Assembly: GCA_937625935.1 (NCBI GenBank)
Contig: OW569363.1
Span: 186,001-250,000 of the forward strand
Reading direction: 5' to 3'
From: Tetramitus jugosus
Taxonomy: Eukaryota; Protista; Heterolobosea
Length of the DNA stretch: 64,000 bases
Every line of letters begins with the position of its first letter. The stretch's first letter is position 1. Positions 33,059 through 43,777 of the stretch are shown in pieces. The notes beneath the pieces were generated by a model. It had not been told where the DNA came from. It did no database searches and worked only from the letters and a program-made list of their open reading frames with translations. The translations under genes were made by a program, and so were the position numbers.

Positions 33059-33736
33059 TTAAACAATACCAGTGATTGGCTTTGGCTTCTCCCGTCGTAT
33101 GAATCCAACGAGATACAAAATAGCAGCAGCCACAAATCCAAAAGCGCCCAACACAGTCTGTGGACTAAAGCACAAATACACACTCAAACAAACACACAAA
33201 ATACACTGTATCAAGTAGTTTGCAAAGATTGTCAACGGCCAACAAATCCACTTTGGCCACCCCCTTGGCTCCAAATTTGCCTCTACGGAATCCTCCATTT
33301 TCTCCTGCGTGTTAAAGTCGGAAATAAAATGCCAAATATAGATCAAAACACTGACGCAGATGGCGTAGATGCCGGGTCCTAGGTACTTGAGTCTCTGTGT
33401 CATGGCCAAATCGATCACACCCAACAAGAACAGAATATACATGTTTGCAGTGACAATGTGTCGAGCAAACGGAGCAAACTGCAGTCCATCAGTCACTGAT
33501 TTCTTTGGTGGTGGCTTGTATTTGCTACCACTTCGTTGTCTTCCACCACCTCCGCCTCCAGTGCCTCCAGTGCCTCCACCACCACCACCGCCTCTGCCTC
33601 CAGTCTTTTCAGTCGTTGCTGATGTTTGGTCATTGAGTTCAATGGTGTAGGATGTGATGGTGGGTGGAGGAAGAACACCATTGAGAGATGAAGGTGGAGA
33701 TGTTGTTGATGATGTTGTTGTCGTAGTGGTGGACAT
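33059..33736 (-). CDS. p22phox (cytochrome b558 alpha chain)-like membrane protein
   Basis: Four TM helices. GIYAICVSV and NYLIQCILCVCLSV...TVLGAFGFVAAAILYLVGFIRRE parallel CYBA GAYSIVAGV and NYYVRAVLHLLLSV...[24 protein letters not shown]/G-rich N-terminal extension. Confidence 0.7.
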   Translation of the reverse strand: MSTTTTTTSSTTSPPSSLNGVLPPPTITSYTIELNDQTSATTEKTGGRGGGGGGGTGGTGGGGGGRQRSGSKYKPPPKKSVTDGLQFAPFARHIVTANMYILFLLGVIDLAMTQRLKYLGPGIYAICVSVLIYIWHFISDFNTQEKMEDSVEANLEPRGWPKWICWPLTIFANYLIQCILCVCLSVYLCFSPQTVLGAFGFVAAAILYLVGFIRREKPKPITGIV

Positions 33737-33964
33737 TGTTATATTGTTGTTTTATTCTCTTCGGATGTTTGATTGTTTTTTTGCAATGGAAGATGATGAT
33801 TTGTTTTGGGAGACACGACATGACATGGGACGCGAATCAATTGTCTGAATCTCCGACATGGGTGCATGAATTGGGCGAATGGGAGGTGCGATTATGGTGG
33901 TCATGAGTTCTGGTTGGTGAGAATGGAATGCAGGATCTACTTTACAAAATCATGATTTGAACTC

Positions 33965-34079
33965 GAGGAAAGATGGCAAGAGGACTGTGTTGAAGAAATG
34001 GAATACCTTGGGGTGAACCGATTAAGGTTCATTGTTGATTTTCCAGCTCTTTAACACAGTCTTCTCATCATCTTACCTC
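33965..34079. ncRNA. Candidate pre-miRNA-like hairpin
   Basis: Ungapped 39-bp stem 33965-34003/34041-34079 (5 mismatches counting G-U as paired) plus inner TGAACC/GGTTCA stem, in a non-coding gap of about 1 kb. Confidence 0.45.
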
Positions 34080-34796
34080 TCTTGAAGATGGTGGAAGTAA
34101 TCTCTTGGGCCTCAGTGATCTTTGAATCATCTTGTCCTTGTTTCCTACGTTGAGCTCCTCATTGTTGTGATGATCGTCGGTGGACAACAACTTGAATTCA
34201 TGGAATACCTGTTTGATTTCAACAAAAGTGTGTGAGTGGGTTTGTTTGGAGCTAACACCAAACAGAAAAGAAATAAGATTCTTCTGAAAAATCAGTACGA
34301 TGGTGGATGAATGCCCTTGCCATGAGTTGAGCCCTTTTGCGGCAATTGAAACACAAAAACAGATTCCGGACACTAAATCAATGAACACTGGTCCTTTTAT
34401 CCGGAAAGCGAGCGCCCAAATAGTAAAGATTTACAGTCTCGAAGAAGAATAAAAATCCACAATCGGTGAGTCGCGCCTTTGTCTGATGAACGGTGCTCCG
34501 CGCGGTACATCAGCAAAGGAACACGCAGTCGAAGGAGTCCAATAAACCCACGAAATTTTTTTATTGTGTTTTGATTCTTTGTTGTTGGTTGATTGTTGTG
34601 AGTTACTTGTATCGGCTATGGCCAGTGTGTGAGGAATTCTAAATGAACAAGCATTTAGACCCAAGGGGTGTCGGAACCCTCCATTCCAAACGACTTGACT
34701 AATTTCAAACAGCCATGCAAGAGTCCATTCACCATAATGGGTTATGAGATGGATACAGACAACGTCACATAGAATAAAACAATTTGCGCCTAATCA

Positions 34797-35990
34797 TTAA
34801 TAATATGCCTTCAATTGTCGAATCTCTATGAAAGCTGGATCTCCGTTGGAACCATCATTCGCAGCTTCAATGCGCATGTACCTACTGCGCACTGGTGGGA
34901 ATGTGAACACTGTAGGGTTGACTACTGTCGTATCTGATTGTGAAGTACCAATGGAAACGTTGGACATGGGTACGATACGGGTCCAATTTGTGCTATCGAT
35001 AGATGCATTAATGTTGTTCTGCAATAAATCCATATTGGTCGTCTGATCATAATAGGACACGGCTATATGGGTCACTTGTCCGTCAGATCTCATAGGAAAC
35101 ACGTACACAGTTGAGAATTGATAAGTTTTACCCATATCAATCACAAGTCTACCGATTGATATTCCAGGATTGTTATTCACCCAAACACTACCAGTTGCTG
35201 TGTTTGAACGATAGGACTCAAAGGGATTATCAATGGAGTCACCACTACCACCACCAGTGTTGGTTGAAGGAGGGGTTTGGCTAATGAGACAACCATTGTT
35301 GGACCAGCTGCTCTCCACTGTTCCATTCATTGTTCCTGCATTGTACACTGTGGCACCATTGAGGCCATCGATATAAATGACCTTTGCTGTGCCTCCTGTT
35401 TGTACCTCATTCAGAATATTGAGACCCATGTCTTGTTGCTCATCCAGATATCCATCCTTGGCCAAGGGTGAACCATTCTGGTCCAATAAAGCAATACCAT
35501 AGTAGCGCGCCTCATCCAGGACTAGTTTACGCTTCTGTGCATCCAATGGCAGTACCGTAAATCCGTTTCTCAACTGATCCAATATGTAAGCAAAGGCTTT
35601 TCCGTTCCTATCGATAAAATATCGGCCTTCCTCATCCGGTCTCACCAAAAAAGCACCACTAAACATCATATACAGCAGAGAATGGTTTGGAGCACCTCTC
35701 AATGTATCCAGTGATGTGCTATAGTGAACACCTCCGACATTAAGTCGAATGATCGAGGAAAACAACACCAAATCGGATTGCTTTTCACTCAGCAGTTGCT
35801 CCACTTTTTGATTCTCAAATAGTTCTCTCTTTTGTCGCAGCTCTTGCCTCTGTTGGTTCACAGCTTCTCTCTGATGGGAAAGTTGTCTTTGCAGATGTTC
35901 ATGCACCAGGATTTCCAAATGACCTGAGATGGTTTCTTCAATATTGGACAGAGAAGAATCGATGGCTGTTTTCAATGTTTCACTTATCAT
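34797..35990 (-). CDS. KCTD-type BTB/POZ protein with C-terminal F5/8-type C (galactose-binding-like) domain
   Basis: IRLNVGGVHYSTSLDTL...YFIDRNGKAFAYILDQLR...EARYYGI. C-terminus LVIDMGKTYQF...FPPVRSRYMRIEA...IEIRQLKAY. Confidence 0.85.
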   Translation of the reverse strand: MISETLKTAIDSSLSNIEETISGHLEILVHEHLQRQLSHQREAVNQQRQELRQKRELFENQKVEQLLSEKQSDLVLFSSIIRLNVGGVHYSTSLDTLRGAPNHSLLYMMFSGAFLVRPDEEGRYFIDRNGKAFAYILDQLRNGFTVLPLDAQKRKLVLDEARYYGIALLDQNGSPLAKDGYLDEQQDMGLNILNEVQTGGTAKVIYIDGLNGATVYNAGTMNGTVESSWSNNGCLISQTPPSTNTGGGSGDSIDNPFESYRSNTATGSVWVNNNPGISIGRLVIDMGKTYQFSTVYVFPMRSDGQVTHIAVSYYDQTTNMDLLQNNINASIDSTNWTRIVPMSNVSIGTSQSDTTVVNPTVFTFPPVRSRYMRIEAANDGSNGDPAFIEIRQLKAYY

Positions 35991-36149
35991 TGGTCAAATG
36001 AATTGTTTTTTGTGTGTTTGTTTGGGTTGTTTTGCGAGCTGGTTTTTGGCAAGTTCGCATCAGAGTTCGCACACAAGAATGATCTTTCTGCTTATTCTTG
36101 CTGGGCCAGAACTCAATTTATGATGGTTATTATTGTTTATTATTTACTA

Positions 36150-37508
36150 TTACTGAGGGTAGATGTTGAAGTTGTTGACTGAGCAAACTCCTAAGTTTGT
36201 TGGTTGTCGTACAGCAGCATTGGGTGCTAACCGGTAGTCATCTGTTGGTATCATCGCTGGAGATTGGTACCAGATTTGTGGAGGTGGTTGGAGAATCGTA
36301 TTGCTAGGTATGAATGGGCTTTCTCCACACCTCATTGGAGTGGCTATGGTATCACACGAGGGAACAAGGTTACTCATGGTGGTGTACTCTTGTTCAGATG
36401 ATACAGAGTGCACGGTTAGTACAGATGCTTGGCGATGAGATGGTGGTAGGTTGGCTTGTGGAACGCAGCAAGGTTGTTGAACCATGTTATCGAACAATGT
36501 ATCAAAGTTCCTTGAAGACACAGATGAGGACGACGCGGTGGATGCGGGACCAGACTGCGATACACTTCCGTAGCTACATTGCACCTCGTCCGGTGCACTG
36601 TACTTGAAGCGCTTGTACTCTGGTTCGTACCCTCTCTGCTCGTACTGCATCCTCGAGGGATCTTCCTCTTCATTTTCCTGATCATCGTCAAAGTCATTTG
36701 ACCATTCTTCTTCTCCGAGCGAGTCTTCTTCACTGTAATTGGTACAGTCACTGTCTGTTGTTGACATACATGTGGACATCATTGGGTTCATAGGATTCAT
36801 CATAGGTCCAGTAAAAGATGGTTGCATAATCTCATTCGAGTAGGCATTAGAAGCCATGTTGGGAGACAGAAACAGAACGGGACCAATGATCATTGGTTGT
36901 TGCATGATCCGATTGGTGGATGCGAGAGATCTCTTCATCTTGAATGACTTTCGTTTCTCTCGACGAATGGCTCTCTTCTTCTTCATGAGCAGGAAACGGT
37001 CCTGTTTCTGAGCTTGAACCTGCTCATTCTGTTTCTCTTCGTCCTCGCTGTAGTCCACAAAGCTCTTGAAGCTCTGGTACTGGAGCAGAATGAGCATACT
37101 ACTTGCACATGAATCGTCAGGACATTCAATCTTGTATTTGTTCATGCATTCCGGAAGAGGCTGAATGAGTTCCGGGTCAATGGCCTTGATTTGGTTGTCC
37201 AGGACCTTTTGGAACTCGAGTCTCTCTTGCATTTTGATAATTTCTTCTTCATCATCCTCGAGCTTTAATTTTCTGGGCTTTCTTGGTCTACTGTTGCCGT
37301 GGTGTTTCCTAGTTTGAGAGGCTGGTTTTTCATTAGTGTCTCCTAACTTCTTATTTACATTGTGTGCACGACTCTCGTCTGAGTTGATGGTATGAAGTTG
37401 ATTGTAGATGTCCATGAATGGATTGAAATCTTCTTGTTGGGGCGGTTCTTCAGAACTCCTAATTGATGTGGGCATTGTGTCAATTTTGGCTTGTTTTGGT
37501 TCAGTCAT
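36150..37508 (-). CDS. Hypothetical, largely disordered, probably nuclear protein
   Basis: 452-aa ORF with basic clusters (KKKRAIRREKRKSFK), an acidic tract and P/Q/M-rich regions. No recognisable domain. Confidence 0.7.
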   Translation of the reverse strand: MTEPKQAKIDTMPTSIRSSEEPPQQEDFNPFMDIYNQLHTINSDESRAHNVNKKLGDTNEKPASQTRKHHGNSRPRKPRKLKLEDDEEEIIKMQERLEFQKVLDNQIKAIDPELIQPLPECMNKYKIECPDDSCASSMLILLQYQSFKSFVDYSEDEEKQNEQVQAQKQDRFLLMKKKRAIRREKRKSFKMKRSLASTNRIMQQPMIIGPVLFLSPNMASNAYSNEIMQPSFTGPMMNPMNPMMSTCMSTTDSDCTNYSEEDSLGEEEWSNDFDDDQENEEEDPSRMQYEQRGYEPEYKRFKYSAPDEVQCSYGSVSQSGPASTASSSSVSSRNFDTLFDNMVQQPCCVPQANLPPSHRQASVLTVHSVSSEQEYTTMSNLVPSCDTIATPMRCGESPFIPSNTILQPPPQIWYQSPAMIPTDDYRLAPNAAVRQPTNLGVCSVNNFNIYPQ

Positions 37509-38024
37509 CCCTTGTTGCAGAGGAATGGGGAATGTCCGTTTAATTTTTACTCTCTGACCAGGTTGTTGTTCAGTCTCCTTTTCTTTTCGTTTGTTATTAT
37601 TAAATTGTGGTACTGGAGAGTTGTATGAATGTTGTATTGCGGTTTTATAGGAACATATTGATTGATTAGTATACCATGGTCGAGCTATTTTGAGGTGGAT
37701 CTACAAAAGGATAAGATCTGGATATGGAGATCTTGTCCTTCGATCTTGATAAAAACGCGTTCAGATCAAGGTATTTTAGGCGATGAACTGCCAAAAGCAG
37801 GTCAATCCACTGGACGCATCTCTTCGGATCTTTCTATTTCTTTAAGAGGCACGGGTGTTGACTGTATTTTAGGAGTGGAGCATTTCATTGATAAACACAC
37901 CAAAAAAATAAGTGTTGTAACAGTCGTAATTCCTTGTTTTAGGTTACGTCCGAACTTTGCTGATCCACAGCTCTAATAAAAATATCTAATTCATATTCTG
38001 TGCGAGTACACACGTGTACATTCT

Positions 38025-39072
38025 TTACAGGTTTACTCGCTCTGCACGATATGCATCTATCTTTGGATTTACAATACCAGGCCAGCTTTCAATAAGTCTT
38101 AGCTCACCACCACCTTGTTGTGCAGTGTACTGTAGAACATGTTGTACACTAGCAACTGCCCTCTCTAGTTGTTGTGCAAATGGAATATCGTTTCTCATAT
38201 TGGCCAACAACAAGCTTGCAATTAAATCACCTGTTCCCGTAAAGAATGCATTCAATCTAGGGAAGTGAATCTTAATCACCTCTCTCGACTCTTTTTCTTC
38301 GCTTGTTGAACTATACTTGGAAGCATAGAGTGTCAAGCTGGTGAGATCACTCGACGGGATGCTGGTCAATATAACAGTCTTTGGTCCCATGGCATGCAAC
38401 TTATCCAACAGTTCAATCACATTGGCACGCCCGCTCAAAATATCCTCCAACTTTGTATCAGTCAACAAACTTGCTTCAAAATGATTGGGTGTGATGATGT
38501 CAGCTCTGGGCACCAACACAGTCTTGTAAGCTTCAACGAGCTCTTGTGGAACATAGAGTTTCCCATTGTCACCCAACACTGGATCACACATGTACAATAA
38601 ATCCTTGTTTTGTTGCTTGAGTTCATCCACAACGTTTGCAATCCCGTGAAGAAACGTAATATCACCAATGTAACCAGTCAACAAGTGCGTGTATTGCTTG
38701 GTCAGGTTGTTCAATTTCAAGCCTGAAATTTATGGTACACGTTTTCAAAACAAATGATGAGCGCTCTTAGATCTAAAATGTCATTTCACAACAACAGCAC
38801 AAAATTGCACAAAATTCAAAGTTTACAAAGATCAAAAGGAAAATTATTTTTGTCGAGTTCATACCTTCAAACAAATCCCTGAGATCATTTTCTTTCAATT
38901 TCTGACCTCTGACATGCGCATATTGCGTGTGATTCGAGAATTGAACACTGTTGATTGCGTCGACTTCATAGTGATGAAGCTGTAGGGGAAATACAGCCGC
39001 ACTGTTGCCTACATGACCATGAACGACGTGTGATTGAATAGATAGGACGTGACCAGTGAGTGGAGATGTCAT
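38025..39072 (-). CDS. PDXK: Pyridoxal kinase (exons 39072-38865, 38722-38025)
   Basis: [51 protein letters not shown]; GTATGA...CAG intron. Confidence 0.95.
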
Positions 39073-39306
39073 TTTGTGGGTGTAGTGACTGCTAATCAAT
39101 CAAATTGAACTTGTTTGCTGTGTTTGTTTGGTGCACTTTGTTTTCCCTCGATCAGGAGATTTTTTTGACGTCAAAAGTGTTCTGGTCTGAATCGGTGCAA
39201 CCTGGAAACCAAATCTCTTCCTGCATTTTCGCGCATGATTTTTTATTACATTCATAAGTAAGGTCAAGGGGAGCCATAGACATTGCGACAACATGGTAGA
39301 TATTTT

Positions 39307-40572
39307 CTATTGAGGTGGTTTGAGTGCTTCAGTCGTTTCGTTGGTTTCGGTGGTTTCCATTTCATGAAGTTCCATTTTCATTGATGAAGGACCAACTGCT
39401 TGCTTCTTTTCTAGCTCAGCAACCTTTGACTCAACTTTCGCTATCCGATAGAGAGCTTCATCCAAGGTCGAAAACATTTTCTTATAATATTCAGACTGTA
39501 TGGTCAACATTTGTTCAAATCGTGTCATCATTTGATTCGCAAATTGATGGAACTGATAGGATAATTGAGAAGCAGGTAGCGACACTCCTTCTGTGCCCTG
39601 ATTACAGTTCTGCTGTTGTTGTTGAGTGCCCTGATTGGCTGAAGCGTCTTGTTCACTGGTGTTTACGGGCAATGAAGTATCAAGTTGAGCCATTTTCATC
39701 CTCTTTTGTGGAATATCAATGGCAGCAACTGGTGGTCTAGATCTCTTTGAAGTTAAGCTCGAACTATGGGGATGAGTTCGAGGATGAGAATGATGGTGAG
39801 CGGTCGTTGTGATCCTTGGTGACATTGTGTTCGCGGAGGAAGGAGAAATGCTGTTTTCGCTGCCAGTTGTGCTACTACGGTTGCCCTTGTTTCCACTATC
39901 CACATACGACCGTGTGTGTGTTTGAGGTGACGATGGTGGCAATGGAGAATAGGCAGAGTGTGTCGTGGAGGCAGTTGTCAGTGGAGACTGTTGCCTTTGA
40001 CCAACTCGCTTCTTTGCTGGCATGCTGTGACTGTTGTGACCACCATGATGATAGCTCAACGATTTATCAGGAGTAGCCACTGCAGCAGCAGGGCCAAAGC
40101 TACTCGTGCTCACTGGAGTTTGTTCAGAACTCGTGCGTATGGCGGCAAAATGATCATCTACAGCGCGGGCAGCTTGCGATGGAAAGCGCAATAATAATTC
40201 GGAGGGATTGGGTATAATGGAGTCACTTGATGATGTTCGGAGCGACGATGACGGTAATAATGAGACGTTTGTTGTGGGAGGAGTTGTTGTTGCTACATTC
40301 GTACGATGATGGTTGTTACTGTACACGGGATGAGGGTTGTTACTGCCAGAAATATCATGTTGAGTCGCACTTCCATTCTCGGACAAAACAGGCAGAGGAA
40401 AAGAGTTCAACAAGGCAGCGAAAGTTGTTGGGATATTGACTACGGCTGCTGCTGTTGCTGTGGAAGAAGAACCACCATTGTTGTTCCTTTCAGTTGTTGG
40501 GAGATCGATGCCATTGCTCTGGCCTCGAGGAAATGAGTCCTGCTGGCCATTGGTTGTCGAGTAATTTTCCAT
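39307..40572 (-). CDS. Low-complexity S/T/H-rich protein with C-terminal coiled coil
   Basis: 421-aa ORF; NLS-like KRSRP...KRMK; heptads LDEALYRIAKVESKVAELEKK. Confidence 0.7.
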   Translation of the reverse strand: MENYSTTNGQQDSFPRGQSNGIDLPTTERNNNGGSSSTATAAAVVNIPTTFAALLNSFPLPVLSENGSATQHDISGSNNPHPVYSNNHHRTNVATTTPPTTNVSLLPSSSLRTSSSDSIIPNPSELLLRFPSQAARAVDDHFAAIRTSSEQTPVSTSSFGPAAAVATPDKSLSYHHGGHNSHSMPAKKRVGQRQQSPLTTASTTHSAYSPLPPSSPQTHTRSYVDSGNKGNRSSTTGSENSISPSSANTMSPRITTTAHHHSHPRTHPHSSSLTSKRSRPPVAAIDIPQKRMKMAQLDTSLPVNTSEQDASANQGTQQQQQNCNQGTEGVSLPASQLSYQFHQFANQMMTRFEQMLTIQSEYYKKMFSTLDEALYRIAKVESKVAELEKKQAVGPSSMKMELHEMETTETNETTEALKPPQ

Positions 40573-40876
40573 TGAATGGCGTTTGTTGTTTGTGTGTGGA
40601 AAATGGATGTCGTGTGTTTTGTGTCGCGAAGCTCCTCAAGCTTTTGATCCGACGAGAGATCTCCGCTTTGCTTAACTTTGCTTGGTCACATCTCACAGAA
40701 GTTGTAACAACATTGTGCAATCGAGTGCAACGAGGACAATCGAGAACTGTTCATCGATGGGATAAGAACCACAACCAGAAAACCAAAGCTCCACAACCGA
40801 TTTGGCCAATCGGAACAACAAAAAAACAGCGAAACCTTCAAAAACAACAATAAAAATCATTGTCGCGCTTCAAACA

Positions 40877-43402
40877 ATGCTCAAGAAGCACAGCAATTGC
40901 GTTCAAAGGCTATCACTGATTGCCTCATCAAGGCAACCAGTATCATCCATGAGCCTCATGATCTCATCTTCATTATCATCATCACCAACATGCATTCCTC
41001 CACAATCATCATCATCATTTTTCACTTCATCTTCAAAGCTACATGGCTCCAAATTTGTTCAAACACGATTGTTCTCTGTTAATCTTGGTCAACAACAACA
41101 ACAGCAGCAAAAGATTCAGAATGAACCATCGTTTTCTTCTCTATTGGAACAGAGAGAAAAATTGTGGGAGGAGGAAAAGCTGAGACAAGAACAGGCAAAC
41201 AAGCTCACAAACGATAGCGGATCCATTGTCCAATCAAAAATTACATTGGTTCAACCATTGGACCAAAAAACAACAACAACAACAACAGCAGCTGCATCAG
41301 TCGCATCACCAGTATCAGTATCACGAGAAGGTACAATTTGTTGTGATGATGGTGATGATCACAGACACAAGAACAATGTAACTACCATGGAAAAGCAAGT
41401 GGAAGCAGAGATGAGTCCATCTACTACTCCAATGGACATTTGTAACAAGTTTTTATCGAGAAATTTTGCAAAGGATGTCGTGTCATGCAGAATCAATGGG
41501 AGAGACATGTGGGATGTGCATAGACCTCTGGGCCACATGATCAAATCAATTGAAAAATTAGAGTTTTTTACGTTTGAGCAATTGGAGGGCATGGAAGTGT
41601 TTTGGCACTCGTCTGCGCACTTGTTGGGATGTGCACTTGAATCAGAGTTTGAAAATAGTGGTTTGAGATTGTGTGATGGACCTGCGTTGATCAATAGAGC
41701 AGGAACCGGTTCGCAACAATTGATCTCTGGTGGATTCTTCTATGAATCCTATTTGGAGAATGATGCAAAGATTTCGTCAGAGGATTTTGCCAAATTGGAG
41801 CGCAAGATGAACAAGTTTATGAGTGAGAAGCATCCGTTTGAAAGATTAGAAGTATCGAGAGATTTCGCAAAGAAAATCTTTCAATATAATCGATTCAAGC
41901 TGGATATTATCAAGTTGATACCCAAGGATCAAACCATTACTCTGTACAAGTGTGGTAGTTTGATTGATTTGTGTAGAGGGCCTCATGTTCCACATACTGG
42001 ATTCATCAAGGCATTCAAACTGAACAAAACCTCTGGTGCGTATTGGGGAGGATTGGATTCGAACCCCATCTTGCAAAGAGTGTACGGTATTTCTTTCCCT
42101 AATGCTACTATGCTAAAGGAATGGGAAACCAGAATCGAGGAAGCTGCAAAGAGAGATCATCGCTTGATTGGAAGAAACCAGGACTTGTTCGTTTTCCATG
42201 AGTGGAGTCCAGGTTCTCCATTCTTTTTGCCACATGGAACTCGTCTCTTCAATCGATTTTTGCAATTCTTGAGAAAGCAATACGAGTTGCGAGGATATCA
42301 TGAAGTTGTATCACCTCAAATGTTTAACAAGGAACTGTGGGAAACCTCTGGTCACTGGGAACATTACAAAGAGGACATGTACACAATTGGAGAGCACGAA
42401 CAAGAACATCATCACAGCTGTGCTCATCATGTGCATAGCCATCATGAAGTCATGGGTCTAAAGCCTATGAACTGTCCTGGCCACTGTTTAATGTTTGGAA
42501 CAAAAGCTCGATCCTACAGAGATTTGCCTACCAGATGGGCTGATTTTAGTCCCTTGCATAGAAATGAAGCCAAGGGGAGCTTAACAGGCTTGACAAGAGT
42601 TCGTAGGTTCCATCAAGATGATGCTCATATATTCTGTACGGCCGATCAAGTTCAAGAGGAAATTAGACAATGTCTTGACTTTGTGAAATATGTCTACTCT
42701 ATCTTCGACTTTAAGTTATTATTCAAGTTGTCTACACGCCCTGAAAAGTTTGTGGGATCAATCGACTTGTGGGACAATGCCGAAGAATCATTGAAACAGT
42801 GTCTGAACAACTTGGGAGAGAGATGGGTAGTGAATGAGGGTGATGGTGCATTCTATGGACCAAAGATTGATATCTCAATTGAAGATTCACTGCAGAGACA
42901 ACATCAGTGCGCTACTATCCAACTAGACTTCCAACTACCTCAAAGATTTAATCTAAAATATCAGGCACAGGATGGAACAATGCAAACACCTGTTATCATT
43001 CACAGAGCCATCTTGGGAAGTATTGAGAGATTTATGGCACTATTGACAGAGCATATCGCAGGTAAATGGCCATTTTGGCTCAGTCCAAGACAATGTGTCA
43101 TTGTACCAGTTTCAGAGAAATTTGCGACGTATGCGAAACAAGTCGAGGAAGCAATACACGCAGGATCCAACCAGAGCCAAACAACACGATATTATGTCGA
43201 TGTTGACGAATCAGAGAAGACTCTCAAGAAGAAGATTCGAGATGCCCAGCTCTCACAATACAACTATATTCTCGTTGTCGGAGAACAGGAAATGAACGAG
43301 CAAACAGTGAATGTGAGAGCCAGAGATGGCACTACAATTGGTTCCATGACCATACCAAATCTACTGGAACGTTTCAACAAACACGTGACAAAGTTTGAGT
43401 AA
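40877..43402 (+). CDS. TARS: Threonyl-tRNA synthetase with mitochondrial-type N-terminal presequence
   Basis: FWHSSAHLLG, DLCRGPH, RDHRLIG, KPMNCPGHC, RVRRFHQDDAHIFC, GAFYGPKID, IHRAILGS; R/S-rich N-terminus. Confidence 0.95.
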   Translation: MLKKHSNCVQRLSLIASSRQPVSSMSLMISSSLSSSPTCIPPQSSSSFFTSSSKLHGSKFVQTRLFSVNLGQQQQQQQKIQNEPSFSSLLEQREKLWEEEKLRQEQANKLTNDSGSIVQSKITLVQPLDQKTTTTTTAAASVASPVSVSREGTICCDDGDDHRHKNNVTTMEKQVEAEMSPSTTPMDICNKFLSRNFAKDVVSCRINGRDMWDVHRPLGHMIKSIEKLEFFTFEQLEGMEVFWHSSAHLLGCALESEFENSGLRLCDGPALINRAGTGSQQLISGGFFYESYLENDAKISSEDFAKLERKMNKFMSEKHPFERLEVSRDFAKKIFQYNRFKLDIIKLIPKDQTITLYKCGSLIDLCRGPHVPHTGFIKAFKLNKTSGAYWGGLDSNPILQRVYGISFPNATMLKEWETRIEEAAKRDHRLIGRNQDLFVFHEWSPGSPFFLPHGTRLFNRFLQFLRKQYELRGYHEVVSPQMFNKELWETSGHWEHYKEDMYTIGEHEQEHHHSCAHHVHSHHEVMGLKPMNCPGHCLMFGTKARSYRDLPTRWADFSPLHRNEAKGSLTGLTRVRRFHQDDAHIFCTADQVQEEIRQCLDFVKYVYSIFDFKLLFKLSTRPEKFVGSIDLWDNAEESLKQCLNNLGERWVVNEGDGAFYGPKIDISIEDSLQRQHQCATIQLDFQLPQRFNLKYQAQDGTMQTPVIIHRAILGSIERFMALLTEHIAGKWPFWLSPRQCVIVPVSEKFATYAKQVEEAIHAGSNQSQTTRYYVDVDESEKTLKKKIRDAQLSQYNYILVVGEQEMNEQTVNVRARDGTTIGSMTIPNLLERFNKHVTKFE

Positions 43403-43777
43403 ATGACGAGTGGCAAGCAATTATTCGTTGTATTCTGTGTGCATATTTTATTTTCTCCGACAATATTTCCCCATTCAACAAAAACCGCGATGTTGACTTC
43501 AACATTGTAAAGATTCAACAATAATTTTGACGCGTTCACACAAAACAAGCTTTTACACACAAAATTCTTCATTTCGCTTCGTTTTTTGTGAAAGAAACAC
43601 ACAAAACGAGAAGAGAGACTTTGTACCACCCAAAAATCGAAGAGTAATTTGTTGCATTTTTTTTTCACCCACTAAAAAGACCAACAAACAACAACAAGAC
43701 GAAGAGACAAACAATCACTTTTCAAACAACAAACAAACCAATTCATCAAACAACAATAACAACAACAAAACATAACA

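Noticed and set aside
33930-33975. U3-like TACTTT...ATCAT...GAGGAA
   Set aside because: Box A spacing and boxes B/C/D are not recognisable; the region is better explained by the long hairpin.
34483-34520. CTGATGA hammerhead ribozyme core
   Set aside because: No GAAA after a stem II, and CTGATG is sequestered by CATCAG.
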